From an uncultured delta proteobacterium (GTDB lineage Bacteria > Myxococcota_A > Polyangia > Polyangiales > Polyangiaceae), in NCBI GenBank assembly GCA_963696385.1, contig CAVOKF010000008.1, forward strand, positions 480,001-544,000: a DNA stretch of 64,000 bases. Reading direction: 5' to 3'. The notes beneath the pieces are model-generated. The model saw only the letters and a program-made list of their open reading frames with translations, made no database searches and was not told the DNA's origin. Shown here piece by piece: positions 51,369 to 61,557 of this stretch; position 1 is the first letter of the stretch, and the number at the start of each line of letters is the position of its first letter. Position numbers and translations under genes: made by a program.

Positions 51369-51513
51369 GGACTCACCGTACGTCGTGAAGGCCGGTCGCG
51401 CCCGTCGCGCCGCTCGCGCGGGAGCGGAGGCCGGGGGCGGCCGACCTGGGCAGCGGTCGCGCCCCGTACCGTCGGTGGGGCGGGGCCGGGCCCGCCCCGC
51501 GCCGCACGGCGTC

Positions 51514-53685
51514 CTACGGGTTGAAGGGGGGCGCGACCGACACGGGGGGCGGCACGTACGACGGGACCATGGCACTCGTCATCACGACGAGACTGCCGGC
51601 GTCGAGATCGATGGGGCGACCTGCCAGCACGCTGCCGTCGACTCGGGGGCGCTCCCGGGTATCGATCGCGATGCGCCAGGCGTCGCCGAGTTCGGCGGGC
51701 GGAAGGACGAACGTGAGAGGGCTGCGTCCACCGTTCATCAGCACGAGAAACGAAGCGTCGTGGAGCGCGTTGCCGTGCCCGTCGGAGAGCGCGTCGCCGT
51801 CCAGGCGAAAGGCGAGCGCCGCATGTTTGGGATCGTGCCAATCGGCCCGCGTCATTTCGACCCCATCGGGTGTCAGCCACTCGATGTCCTTGGCTCGACT
51901 GTTGCCGATGCGCACGCCGCGAAGAAAACCCAGGCGATGGAAGACCGGATGCCGCTTTCGGAACGACGCCAGAGCCCGGGCCACCTCCAGCATGGCGACG
52001 CCCTCCTCGCCGATGCGCCAGTCCACCCACGAGATCTCGGAGTCCTGGCAGTACGGGTTGTTGTTGCCGCGCTGGGTGCGCCACAGTTCATCGCCCATCT
52101 CGAGCATCGGGACTCCGTGCGAGACAAACAGCGTCGCCAGGACGCTTCGTGCGAGCGTGCGCCGGCGCGCCAGCACCCGCGGGTCGGTCGTTTCGCCCTC
52201 GACCCCGCAGTTCTGGCTGGCGTTGTCGTCGAGCCCGTCTCGGTTGTTCTCTCCGTTGAGCTCGTTGTGCTTTCGCTCGTAGCTCACGAGATCGCGCAGC
52301 ACGAAGCCGTCGTGGGCCGTCACGAAGTTGATGCTGGCGTGGGGTCCTCTTCCGTTGTCGCCGAACAGGTCGCTCGAGCCGGTCAGTCGATAGGCGAGAT
52401 CCGCCACCACGGCGCGCTCGCCACACCAGAATCGGCGCACGGTGTCTCGGAAGCGACCGTTCCACTCGCACCACAAGATCGGAAAGCTCCCGACCTGATA
52501 GCCCCCCACTCCGAGGTCCCACGGCTCGGCGATGAGCTTGATTCGCGACAGGATGGGGTCCTGGTGGATCACGGCAAAAAAGCCGCCCACCCGGTCGATG
52601 TCCCCGTCGTTGCCGCGCGCCAGGGCGGGAGCCAAATCGAATCGGAAGCCGTCGACGTGCATCTCCGTCACCCAGTACCGGAGGCTGTCGGTGACGAGCT
52701 TGAGGACCTGGGGATGGGTGGCGTCGAGGGTATTGCCGCAGCCGCTGTAGTCGACGTACTCGCGCCGATCTCCCGGGTCGAGCCGGTAGTACACGCGGTT
52801 GTCGATCCCCCGAAAGCTGATCGTGGGGCCGAGCGCCCCGCCTTCGCACGTATGGTTGTAAACGACGTCGATGACCACCTCGAGGCCGCGCGCGTGCAGG
52901 CGCTTGACCATCTCCTTGAACTCCCGGGTGGCGTCGCCGTGCGCCGTCGCGAAACGGCGATCGGGCGCGAAGTACGACAGGGTGTTGTAGCCCCAGTAGT
53001 TGGACAGGCCTCTCTTGGTGAGCTCGGGTTCGTCCACATGCTCGTGAACGGGCATCAACTCGACGGTGGTGATTCCGAGCGACTCGAAATGGGCGATGGC
53101 GGCATCGGAGGCGAGCCCGAGAAACGTTCCGCGCAGATCGGCGGGCACCGAGGGGTGATTCTTCGTGAAGCTTTTGACGTGCAGTTCGTACAAGACGGTG
53201 TCTTGCCACGGGGTGCGCGGCGAACGGTCTCCCGCCCAGTCGAACGCGCTGTCGACCACGACGGCCTTGGGTTTGCCGGCCGCGTCGTCGCGCTCGTCAA
53301 AGACGACGTCGGTCATCCCGCGATCGCGCGGGTAGCCGTAGACCGGGGCATCGACGTCGAGCGTACCGTGCAACGCACGGGCGTAGGGATCGACCAAAAG
53401 CTTATTGGCGTTGAACCGATGACCCTCGGCCGGAGCGAACGGACCGTGCACGCGCCATCCGTAGCGTTGGCCCGGTCCGAGGCCAGGGATGTAGGCGTGC
53501 CACACGTAAAGCGAGTGCCAGGGCACCAGGATGCGCGTCTCGCAATCCGAATCGTCGAACAGACAGAGCTCGACGGCCGTCGCGTGCTGGGTGAAAAGAG
53601 CAAAATTGACGCCACGCCCGTCCCAGCACGCGCCCAAGGGATGGAACGTGCCGGGCTCGAGCCGTTCGATGCGGATGGCGGTCAT
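51514..53685 (-). CDS. glgX: Glycogen debranching enzyme GlgX
   Basis: NYWGYNT, DVVYNHT, DGFRFDLA, IAEPWD, HDGF, GNNNPYCQD. Confidence 0.97.
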   Translation of the reverse strand: MTAIRIERLEPGTFHPLGACWDGRGVNFALFTQHATAVELCLFDDSDCETRILVPWHSLYVWHAYIPGLGPGQRYGWRVHGPFAPAEGHRFNANKLLVDPYARALHGTLDVDAPVYGYPRDRGMTDVVFDERDDAAGKPKAVVVDSAFDWAGDRSPRTPWQDTVLYELHVKSFTKNHPSVPADLRGTFLGLASDAAIAHFESLGITTVELMPVHEHVDEPELTKRGLSNYWGYNTLSYFAPDRRFATAHGDATREFKEMVKRLHARGLEVVIDVVYNHTCEGGALGPTISFRGIDNRVYYRLDPGDRREYVDYSGCGNTLDATHPQVLKLVTDSLRYWVTEMHVDGFRFDLAPALARGNDGDIDRVGGFFAVIHQDPILSRIKLIAEPWDLGVGGYQVGSFPILWCEWNGRFRDTVRRFWCGERAVVADLAYRLTGSSDLFGDNGRGPHASINFVTAHDGFVLRDLVSYERKHNELNGENNRDGLDDNASQNCGVEGETTDPRVLARRRTLARSVLATLFVSHGVPMLEMGDELWRTQRGNNNPYCQDSEISWVDWRIGEEGVAMLEVARALASFRKRHPVFHRLGFLRGVRIGNSRAKDIEWLTPDGVEMTRADWHDPKHAALAFRLDGDALSDGHGNALHDASFLVLMNGGRSPLTFVLPPAELGDAWRIAIDTRERPRVDGSVLAGRPIDLDAGSLVVMTSAMVPSYVPPPVSVAPPFNP

Positions 53686-53726
53686 CGGATGGATTCAATA
53701 GCAATCGGCGCCGATGAAGGGGCAGA

Positions 53727-54830
53727 ATGTGGTTCGAGGACCGGGCGCGTCGTACTCGGCACCGACGTTTGGGTGCGGACCCTGATACGGTAGCGGCGAC
53801 CGTCTTGCCTTCGCGATGGAAGATCGTTGCCTGTGGTTGGCTCGTGGCCCTGGGCGTCGCCCGCGTCGGCTTCGCATCGGACGCGACCACGCTCGCCAAG
53901 GAGCGTTCCGTCGAGGGCGCGCTGGCGCTCGAAAAACACGACTTCGAGGGCGCTCGACTGGCCTTTTTGCAGGCCCTGGCGATCGACGCACAGCCTCGGT
54001 ACTTGTGGAGCCTCGCGGTCGCCGAAGACAAGGGTGCGCACCCGCTCGAAGCTCTGGCCCACTTTCGCCAGTACTTGCAACGGCCCGGCGTCACCGAAGA
54101 GGACCGCCATAACGCCGCTCCGCTGATGGCCGACGCGTCCGCCCGAGTCGGCCACATCCGAGTCGATGCGGCCTCGGCCGCAACGGTGGTGCTCGACGGA
54201 GCGACGCCCGTGGGAACGGTCCCCCCGGCCAACGTCGTCGACGTCGCGCCCGGCCATCATACGTTGCACGCGCGACTGGGGGTCCAAAGCGCCTCGACCG
54301 ACATCGATGCGCACCCGGGCGAAACGGTCGTGTGGCAGCTGCAGTTCGAGCCGGCCAAGCAGGCGCCGGCGGCCCCGACGCCGATCGCCGCCGGTCCGCC
54401 GAGCGCGGCCCCGAGCTCCGACCTCGACCGGGCACTGGCGTTTCTGACGCCCAACGGCAAGCCGCTGCCGAGCGAGAAATGGGTCGTCTCCGCCAGCCTC
54501 GTCGCCGCGGGGCTCGTCAGTTTTGGGATCGTCGGCGCGTTCTCGGTGGCCGCCTCGAACCAGGACAACAAGTGGACGGACCTCAGCGCTCAGACGGGGG
54601 TGTGCCCGCAACCGCCGATGACCTCCGCGTGCATGAGCCTGAAGAACGCCGCCGACGCGCGCGCCACCGACCAGAACGTTGCGGTCGGCTTCATCGTCGG
54701 CGGTGCGACGTTGGTGACCGCCGGGATCGTGGCGCTCATCGCCTGGCCGAACCCGCACCCGTCCAGCGGGATGGTCACTCCGATGCTCACCCCGGGCGGC
54801 GGGGGAGCTCAGTGGGTCGGGCGGTTCTAA
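53727..54830 (+). CDS. Secreted/membrane protein, TPR-like plus PEGA-like domain (start uncertain)
   Basis: Helical TPR-like segment, 'ATVVLDG...VAPGHHTLHA', TM hairpin, C-terminal GRF. Confidence 0.65.
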   Translation: MWFEDRARRTRHRRLGADPDTVAATVLPSRWKIVACGWLVALGVARVGFASDATTLAKERSVEGALALEKHDFEGARLAFLQALAIDAQPRYLWSLAVAEDKGAHPLEALAHFRQYLQRPGVTEEDRHNAAPLMADASARVGHIRVDAASAATVVLDGATPVGTVPPANVVDVAPGHHTLHARLGVQSASTDIDAHPGETVVWQLQFEPAKQAPAAPTPIAAGPPSAAPSSDLDRALAFLTPNGKPLPSEKWVVSASLVAAGLVSFGIVGAFSVAASNQDNKWTDLSAQTGVCPQPPMTSACMSLKNAADARATDQNVAVGFIVGGATLVTAGIVALIAWPNPHPSSGMVTPMLTPGGGGAQWVGRF

Positions 54831-54838
54831 AGGCGCCG

Positions 54839-55183
54839 ATGCCCAAGCGCAACGTGTCGATCCTCATCCTGGGGTCGGTTTCGCTGGGGGCGGCGGCCGC
54901 CGTCACGCCTTCGTGCAGTCAAGCCACGTGCGTCGATTACCACGATCCGAGCTGCTGGACGCCGCCGGACGCGGGCGACGCCGCGACCGAGGACCTCGAC
55001 AGGGCCGAGCCGGATGCCGGCGATGCGATGCCCGGCGAACCCGACGCGGGCGAAGCGGGCAGGACCGGGGCCGACGCCGGCGATGCCGACACGGGCTCCC
55101 AGGACGCGCCTGCGCCGGAGGCCGGCGAAGCGGGCGAGGCCGACGGCGCGGGAGCGGACGCCGGCGACGCCGGCAGGGGCTAG
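54839..55183 (+). CDS. Small lipoprotein with DAG/EAG repeats
   Basis: Signal ending PSC, Cys pair, then multiple DAG(D/E) units. Confidence 0.6.
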   Translation: MPKRNVSILILGSVSLGAAAAVTPSCSQATCVDYHDPSCWTPPDAGDAATEDLDRAEPDAGDAMPGEPDAGEAGRTGADAGDADTGSQDAPAPEAGEAGEADGAGADAGDAGRG

Positions 55184-55301
55184 CGCCGACGCCCCCCAAG
55201 CCCGGAACACCGGCGACACCCGAAGCGCCGCACGGGGACGGCAAGGCGGACGCTTGTCGGCCGCACGCCGAGAACCGCAACGGCCGCGCCCGCCGATCGC
55301 G

Positions 55302-56861
55302 CTAGCGCCCCGCCCCTTGGACCCGTTGGCGAATGGCTTCGAAGCGCACGCGCAGCCGGTCGTCCGCTTCGAGGTCCTCGATGGGCCGGGGCAGACGGAA
55401 GGTCCAGTTGTGCTCGCCGACCGTGCCGGGCGTGTTGATGCGGTCGCGCATGCCCAAAAGCTCCTGGACCAGGACGAGCGCGAGGTCCGAGCTCGCGCGG
55501 TACAGATCCGCGAGCAGCGCGAGCGATCGACGATCGGGGTCGTCGTCGGGCTGAACGCCCGCTCGCTCGGCGATCGCGGCCCGATCGCGGTCCGAAAATT
55601 CGTCCCACCACGCGTCGATCGGAGCGGTGTCGTGCGTGCTCCAGGAGGCGACGCTCGCGGTGGGAAATCCCGCCGGATCCCGAAACCGCGTCCCGTCCTT
55701 TTCCCACGGCAAGACGCGGTACCCGGGCATCTCGAGCTGCCGCAGCGATTCCCGAACGAACGGAGGAATGACGCCCAGATCCTCGGCGATGACGCGCGGG
55801 GCATCGGCACCGCCCGTGTCCTTGGCGACTTCGTCGAGCATGGCACGCAGGACGCGAAGCCCCCGGGCCTTCTGCGCTTCGTCCTTGTCGGGATCGAAGT
55901 GGCCCCGCTGGCGCGCTTCTTTGCCGCGCACCCATTGCCGGTAATAGCCGACGATGTGGTCGAGACGGAACCGATCGTAGAGCCGAGCGGCCCGCCGGGA
56001 TCGATCGCGAATCCACGCGAGGTCGTCGGTATCCATGGCGGTCCAGTCGTACGGCGGCAGGCCCCAATCCTGACCGTCGGCGGAGAACTCGTCGGGCGGC
56101 GCGCCGAGCGACAGCTGCATTTGAAATTGCGACGCGTGCGACCAGACGTCGGCGCTCTCGGTGCCCACGACGAAAGGCACGTCGCCCATCAGTTCGACCC
56201 CGATCGCGCGCATCTGCGCCCGGGCCCGCTCCCATTGCCCTTGCAGGGTCCACTGCACGTACGCGACCTCGAGCAGGCGGCGACCGCGAATCGCGCGCGC
56301 CTCATCGAGAGCCCGCGGCGCCCGGTCGCGCTCGGCCGCCGGCCAAGTGGACCAACCCCAACCGTCGTGCGACTCGCGCAACGCCGAGTACAGGGCCAGA
56401 TCGTCGAGCCACGATCGCTCGTCCTGCATGAACGCCGCAAGCGCCTTGGCTCGAGGCGTCGTCCGCGACCACTCCCGCTCGTGGAAGCGATCGAACGCCA
56501 CGCCCAGCAGCTGGGTCTTGAGCGCGCGCACCGAGGCGTAGTCGACCCGCTCGGCGGCGCGCGCGGCGTCGCGGGCTCGCCTTCCGGCCTCGCCGAGCGC
56601 CTGATCGATCGAGCTTGCGTCGAGATCCTCGACCGCGTCGACGTCGACGTAGATGGCGTCCAATCCGAACGCCGTCAGCGCGCCGTAAGGGCTCGTCTCA
56701 CCGGCCGACAGCTCAAACGCCGGCAGAACCTGGATCAGCCGGTGACCGGCGCGCTCGATCCAGGCCGCACAGGCGGGCAAGTCGGTGATCTGGCCGATTC
56801 CCCAGTCGCGACGCGTCCGGATGGAAAAGAGAGGGAGCACGACGCCCGCTTGACGACGCAT
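55302..56861 (-). CDS. malQ: 4-alpha-glucanotransferase (amylomaltase)
   Basis: SPY, GDVPF, GAPPDEFSADGQDWGLP, RLDH, IAEDLG, STHDT, RINTPGT..NW. Confidence 0.95.
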   Translation of the reverse strand: MRRQAGVVLPLFSIRTRRDWGIGQITDLPACAAWIERAGHRLIQVLPAFELSAGETSPYGALTAFGLDAIYVDVDAVEDLDASSIDQALGEAGRRARDAARAAERVDYASVRALKTQLLGVAFDRFHEREWSRTTPRAKALAAFMQDERSWLDDLALYSALRESHDGWGWSTWPAAERDRAPRALDEARAIRGRRLLEVAYVQWTLQGQWERARAQMRAIGVELMGDVPFVVGTESADVWSHASQFQMQLSLGAPPDEFSADGQDWGLPPYDWTAMDTDDLAWIRDRSRRAARLYDRFRLDHIVGYYRQWVRGKEARQRGHFDPDKDEAQKARGLRVLRAMLDEVAKDTGGADAPRVIAEDLGVIPPFVRESLRQLEMPGYRVLPWEKDGTRFRDPAGFPTASVASWSTHDTAPIDAWWDEFSDRDRAAIAERAGVQPDDDPDRRSLALLADLYRASSDLALVLVQELLGMRDRINTPGTVGEHNWTFRLPRPIEDLEADDRLRVRFEAIRQRVQGAGR

Positions 56862-56885
56862 GGTTCGCCAGGGACCGTAACCGAA

Positions 56886-57650
56886 GTGGACCGCTCACGC
56901 GCCCCCTCCCTGATGCTTTTCGCGGCGCTGAGCGCGTCGCTGCACCTGGCCGGGGTCGGTGGCCTTTGGCGCGTGGCGAGGGATCCAGGCCCCGCCTTCG
57001 ACCCGGATTCGCCCGCACTGGCGGGCGACACGATCGACGTCGAACCTGCGCCCCCGCCGGCGCCCGATCCGGAGCAAGGCCCGGGCGACATCGGATCGCC
57101 CGGGCCGAGCGCGGATCGAAACGAAATGGACCGATCGGTTCGGTCCGCGAGACGGCACGCGACCGGGATCGCGCCGGGAACAGCCACCAGCCCCGCGGCC
57201 CTCTTCGGCGCGGTCGGGGCTCGCTTCGCGATGGATCTGGCGACGGGGCTGACGCGTGCCTTTCCCCAGGCGGCCAGCGCCAATCCCATCTGGCTTCGGG
57301 CTCCCATCGGGTCGGCCGGATCGGCCGAAGTCGTTCTGGGGCTCGACGAGGACGGTCGCCTCAGCACGGTGTCGGTCCTCGGCGCACCCTCGCCGGCACT
57401 ACGCCGCGGCCTGCAGCGCGCCCTCGCGCTGCTGCAACCCCGTCCGTTCACAGCGCACGCGCCGGTCACCAAGCTTCGCGTCACCGCTCGCGTCTCGCGC
57501 GACGAATTGCATGACGGTCTGCACGGCGACGTGTTCGCGCTGAGCGGAGGAAGCTTCGCCGGCGACGTGGGAACGGCTTTCTTCGCGCTTCCCCCGCGCG
57601 ACGGAGAGTCGGGGCGACGCGTCGACATCGAGCTGCGGCTGCTGCCGTAA
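56886..57650 (+). CDS. TonB-like membrane-anchored protein
   Basis: SASLH transmembrane motif, Pro-rich linker, 'VVLGLDEDGRLSTVSV' C-domain. Confidence 0.55.
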   Translation: MDRSRAPSLMLFAALSASLHLAGVGGLWRVARDPGPAFDPDSPALAGDTIDVEPAPPPAPDPEQGPGDIGSPGPSADRNEMDRSVRSARRHATGIAPGTATSPAALFGAVGARFAMDLATGLTRAFPQAASANPIWLRAPIGSAGSAEVVLGLDEDGRLSTVSVLGAPSPALRRGLQRALALLQPRPFTAHAPVTKLRVTARVSRDELHDGLHGDVFALSGGSFAGDVGTAFFALPPRDGESGRRVDIELRLLP

Positions 57651-57661
57651 CAAACGCCGAC

Positions 57662-57760
57662 GATCGACCTCGACCTCGACGGTCGACCTCGACCCCGACC
57701 CCGACCTCGACCTCGACGGTCGACCTCGACCCCGACCTTGACCCCGACCCAACCTCGACC
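57662..57760 (+). repeat. GACCTC/GACCCC hexamer array between convergent genes
   Basis: Tandem 6-mers starting 11 nt after the stop at 57650. Confidence 0.92.
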
Positions 57761-57762
57761 TG

Positions 57763-58527
57763 TCAGGGCAGGTCGTCGGGCGGTGGCAGCGTGCCTCCCG
57801 ATCGCACGTAGTCCACGACGGCGCCGACCAGAGCGTCGTCCGCCTTCTCGCACGCAGCCGAAACGTCGCCGCTCATGGCGCCCTTGCATTCTTTGCCCCG
57901 CTTGGCGCGCGCGCGTTTGACCGTCGGGCTCGCGTCCAGCAACGCGTCCTGCGTTCGGGTGGCGATTCGATGCCACTGCACACGCGCGGTCCGCGGCCGG
58001 CCGGGTCGGGTCCGAGTGACCATTTCGGCCTCAACCGCCATGGAACAGGTGCCGTCCCAACGAAGCAAATCGTAGCTGCCCTTGCCGCTGCCGACGACGA
58101 TTCCGCCTTTGGGGGTGCCGTGAAAGCGCAGCAGCAGCACCTCCTCGTCGAGGGTCAATTCGTCGAGGCGGCCGCGCACGTAGCCGCGGGTAAACGGCGT
58201 CGATCGGTCGAACAGGGCGAGCGCCGTGTCCTGATGAGGCTTGGCGCACAGCCGGTCGACGAAGCTGCTCGGAGGCATGCAGGCGATGGCCGTCGCGTCG
58301 GCGCACGCGGTCGGCAACCCCGAGGGCGCGTCGGAAGGCGTGTCGGGAGCCTCGGTGGGTGTGGATGTGCCGGCAGAAACGGCGGATTGCACGGGGGCCT
58401 CGGCCGGCGCGGCAGCCGGCGCATCGGAAGCCGACGACGCGGAAGGCGTCGCGGAGCCGCACGCCATCGTGACCAGTGCGACCCAAGAGCCCGTGGCGAA
58501 CACGACCGGAGACGTTGACGAACGCAC
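57763..58527 (-). CDS. Hypothetical Cys-containing lipoprotein (start uncertain)
   Basis: Signal ending MAC, Ala/Pro/Ser linker, globular domain with several Cys. Confidence 0.6.
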   Translation of the reverse strand: MRSSTSPVVFATGSWVALVTMACGSATPSASSASDAPAAAPAEAPVQSAVSAGTSTPTEAPDTPSDAPSGLPTACADATAIACMPPSSFVDRLCAKPHQDTALALFDRSTPFTRGYVRGRLDELTLDEEVLLLRFHGTPKGGIVVGSGKGSYDLLRWDGTCSMAVEAEMVTRTRPGRPRTARVQWHRIATRTQDALLDASPTVKRARAKRGKECKGAMSGDVSAACEKADDALVGAVVDYVRSGGTLPPPDDLP

Positions 58528-58598
58528 GGCCGCGCACGTTACTACGGAGCGAGGCCCTTGTGCCCGGGCCGGATCGTCGGTCATTGTCGGGGTCCACC

Positions 58599-59228
58599 AT
58601 GCACCGAACCAAGACCGAACAGGCCCTCGCGGACCAGGAGATGGCGCACGCGGACGACCCGGAGCGGGCCGAGCTGCTGCGCCGCGCACGGCATTTCAAG
58701 GCGAGCTGGATCGAACTCGGCGAGGCGCTCGTCGCGCTCAAACGAAACGGCCGCTGGAAGGGCTGGGGCTACGATTCGCTCGACGCGTATGCCAAGGCGG
58801 AGCTTCGGTTGCGCCACGACACGGTCGACAAGCTCACCGGGTCGTACGCGTTCTTGCAACGGCGCGCGCCGAGTGTGCTCGGCCGCGACGCGCTGAGCGA
58901 GCCGGTCCCGAGTTATCAAGCCGTCGATTTTCTGCGTCGGGCCGAGGCGAGCGAGGACGCGCCCAGGGAAGCGGTCGAGGAGATCCGCCGCCGGGTTCTC
59001 GACGACGCGGCTCCGGCAGCGACCATCGCGCGCGCCTACAACGACGTGGTGTTTCCGATCGACGAACGGGAGCGCCGGACGCGCGAAGCCGCAGGAATCA
59101 AAAACGTCGCGAAACGACTGCGTGAGCTGCTGTCGGAGACCCGCTCCGTACCGCGCAAGCTGGCAAGCGACGTCCAAACCGCCCTCGACCGGCTTCTCGA
59201 AGCGGTCGATGCCCAAGAGGCGGCGTGA
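58599..59228 (+). CDS. Hypothetical helical protein (DUF3102-like N-terminus)
   Basis: SWIELGEAL...WKGWGYDSLDAYAKAEL pattern; heads an operon with the BCCP gene. Confidence 0.65.
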   Translation: MHRTKTEQALADQEMAHADDPERAELLRRARHFKASWIELGEALVALKRNGRWKGWGYDSLDAYAKAELRLRHDTVDKLTGSYAFLQRRAPSVLGRDALSEPVPSYQAVDFLRRAEASEDAPREAVEEIRRRVLDDAAPAATIARAYNDVVFPIDERERRTREAAGIKNVAKRLRELLSETRSVPRKLASDVQTALDRLLEAVDAQEAA

Positions 59229-59232
59229 GGCG

Positions 59233-59832
59233 ATGAAGCCGCCTCGCGCGCCCTCTGCAGCCACGATTCTCAGGGGCCCGCGACGCGAGGCACCGACCCG
59301 GGACGCGGAGGCCGATCCTGTGCGGTACCATGTGACCCTCGACGCTCGGCCCGGCGCCGATCCGATCGACGTCGACGTGATCGACAAGCCCGACGGGACG
59401 ATGCGCGTCACGGTCGGGGGTCGGCCCGTAGAGGTCGACGCGGTGCCGATCGGGGGACATCTGAGCGTGCTCGTCGACGGTCGCGTGGTCGAGTTGACTC
59501 TCGACGGCAAGCCTCCCGACTGCCGCGCGGTGGCCAACGGCCACCGGTCGAAGGTCCGGGTCGAGAGCGAACGTGCACGATCCGTTTCGAAGGCTGTGAC
59601 ACCGCCATCGGCGCCGGGGGCGCCGGTCGTTCGAAGCCCCATGCCGGGCCGCATCGTTCGCGTCCTGGTGGCCAAGGGAGCGACCGTCCGGCACGGCCAG
59701 GGGTTGGTCGTCGTCGAGGCGATGAAGATGGAAAACGAGGTGCGTGCATCCGCCGCCGGCGTCGTCATCGAAGTCCACGTCACAGCCGGCGATGCGGTCG
59801 AAGCGAGCGCAAAGCTCGTGACGCTTGGCTGA
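59233..59832 (+). CDS. Biotin carboxyl carrier protein
   Basis: SPMPG, EAMKMENE biotinylation motif. Confidence 0.93.
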   Translation: MKPPRAPSAATILRGPRREAPTRDAEADPVRYHVTLDARPGADPIDVDVIDKPDGTMRVTVGGRPVEVDAVPIGGHLSVLVDGRVVELTLDGKPPDCRAVANGHRSKVRVESERARSVSKAVTPPSAPGAPVVRSPMPGRIVRVLVAKGATVRHGQGLVVVEAMKMENEVRASAAGVVIEVHVTAGDAVEASAKLVTLG

Positions 59833-59849
59833 GGTATAAGCGGGCCGCC

Positions 59850-60855
59850 ATGAGCGAACTGCCGCGCGTTTCGCTGGTCCATGGGCCGACGCCGATCGTC
59901 AAGCGCCGGTCGCTCGACGCCTGGCTCGGGGTGGATCTCTGGATCAAGCGCGACGACGCCTCGGGCGGCGCCGAGGCGGGCAACAAAGTCCGCAAACTCG
60001 AATGGCTTCTGGCCGACGCCCTCGCCCGAGAGGCCGACACAGTCGTCACGTGCGGGGGTCTGCAATCGAACCATGCGCGAGCGACAGCACTCGCTTGCGC
60101 CGGCCTCGGCCTGCAGTGCTCTCTGATCCTTCGCGTTACGGACCCGCTGCAGCCGTTGCCGCACACCGGCAACGTTCTCATCGACCGGCTGGCCGGCGCC
60201 GACGTTCGCCTCGTGTCTCCGGCCGAATACGCACAAAGGCACGCCGTCATGGAAGAAGTCGCCGCCGAGATCCGGGACCGGGGGCGGCGGCCCTACGTGA
60301 TCCCCGAAGGAGGGTCCAACGGCCTGGGCTCGCTCGGGTATGTCGAGTGCATGCGCGAGACGGCCCATCAAATGCGGCTGGGCTTGGCCGGGCGCGACGC
60401 GGCATTCGACGTCGTCGTCCACGCATGCGGATCGGGCGGAACCGCCGCGGGCCTTGCCCTGGGGGCCGCTCGCTTCGGTGTCGCAGCCGGCGTGCGGGCG
60501 ATGGCCGTCTGCAACGATTCGAGCGTATTTCGATGCCGAGATCACCCGCATCCTGCGCGAGGCCCGGGCGTGGGATCCGAGCCTGGTCGATCCCGCCCCG
60601 GTCGTGGTCGACGAAGCGGGCCGCGGACCCGCCTACGGCGTCAGCACGGCCGAGCAGCGCGACGTCATCCGCCGCGTCGCCCGATCCGCGGGCCTGGTGC
60701 TCGATCCGGTGTACACGGGCAAGGCCATGCACGGACTGCAGGTCGCGGTGCAAATGGGCGACATCGCGGTGGGGTCCCGGGTGCTGTTCGTGCACACCGG
60801 TGGACTACCCGGTCTTCTCGCGCAGGGGGTCGACTTTGCGGGCGATCCGCCATGA
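59850..60855 (+). CDS. D-cysteine desulfhydrase / ACC deaminase family PLP enzyme; frameshift at about 60516-60520
   Basis: KRDD, GNKVRKLE, QSNHAR, PEGGS, GSGGT; then LDPVYTGKAM, HTGG in the second frame. Confidence 0.9.
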
Positions 60856-61505
60856 GCCCGCTACCCGATGCGGTGCACCGCCGCCGAACCCTGGCCGAAG
60901 ACGCGCTCAACATTCCGAATCTCTTGACGATGGCGCGCATCGCCGCCATCCCCTTTTTCGTCTGGTTGCTCGACGTTCCGACGCCCGTCCGCGGGTTCTG
61001 GGCATGCATCGTGTTCACGCTCGCGGCCCTGACCGACATCCTCGACGGATACCTCGCCCGCAAGCTCGGCGTGGTGAGCGTGCTCGGAAAGTTTCTCGAC
61101 CCGCTCGCCGACAAGCTCATCGTCATGGCGGCGCTCGTCTGGCTGGTCCCGATGGGCCGAATCGCGGCCTGGGTCGTCGTGCTTTTGCTCGCGCGCGAGA
61201 TCAGCATCACGGGGCTGCGCAGCGTCGCGGCGAGCGAGGGCGTCATCATCAGCGCGGGTCAGGAGGGCAAGACCAAGACCGCGCTGCAAATGATCGGGAT
61301 CGTGGCCTTGCTGCTCGGCTACCCGTACCACATGGCCTACTTGGGGATTGATTTCGGAGTGGTCGACATGGTGCACGTCGGACGATCGCTCGTGTACCTG
61401 TCGCTGCTGTTCTCCTTCGCAAGCGCGGCGCAGTACGCCCGACTGTTCACGGCGGCCGTGGACGCGAAGGAGCGCAAGCAAACGGCCCAAGACTCGACGC
61501 GATAA
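60852..61505 (+). CDS. pgsA: Phosphatidylglycerophosphate synthase
   Basis: NIPNLLT..R, TDILDGYLARK..VS.LGKFLDPLADK, GKTKT. Confidence 0.94.
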   Translation: MSPLPDAVHRRRTLAEDALNIPNLLTMARIAAIPFFVWLLDVPTPVRGFWACIVFTLAALTDILDGYLARKLGVVSVLGKFLDPLADKLIVMAALVWLVPMGRIAAWVVVLLLAREISITGLRSVAASEGVIISAGQEGKTKTALQMIGIVALLLGYPYHMAYLGIDFGVVDMVHVGRSLVYLSLLFSFASAAQYARLFTAAVDAKERKQTAQDSTR

Positions 61506-61557
61506 GCACGGCGCTAGCATTTCGACTCGTTTTCTGGGAACTTCCGCCGCGAAACCG

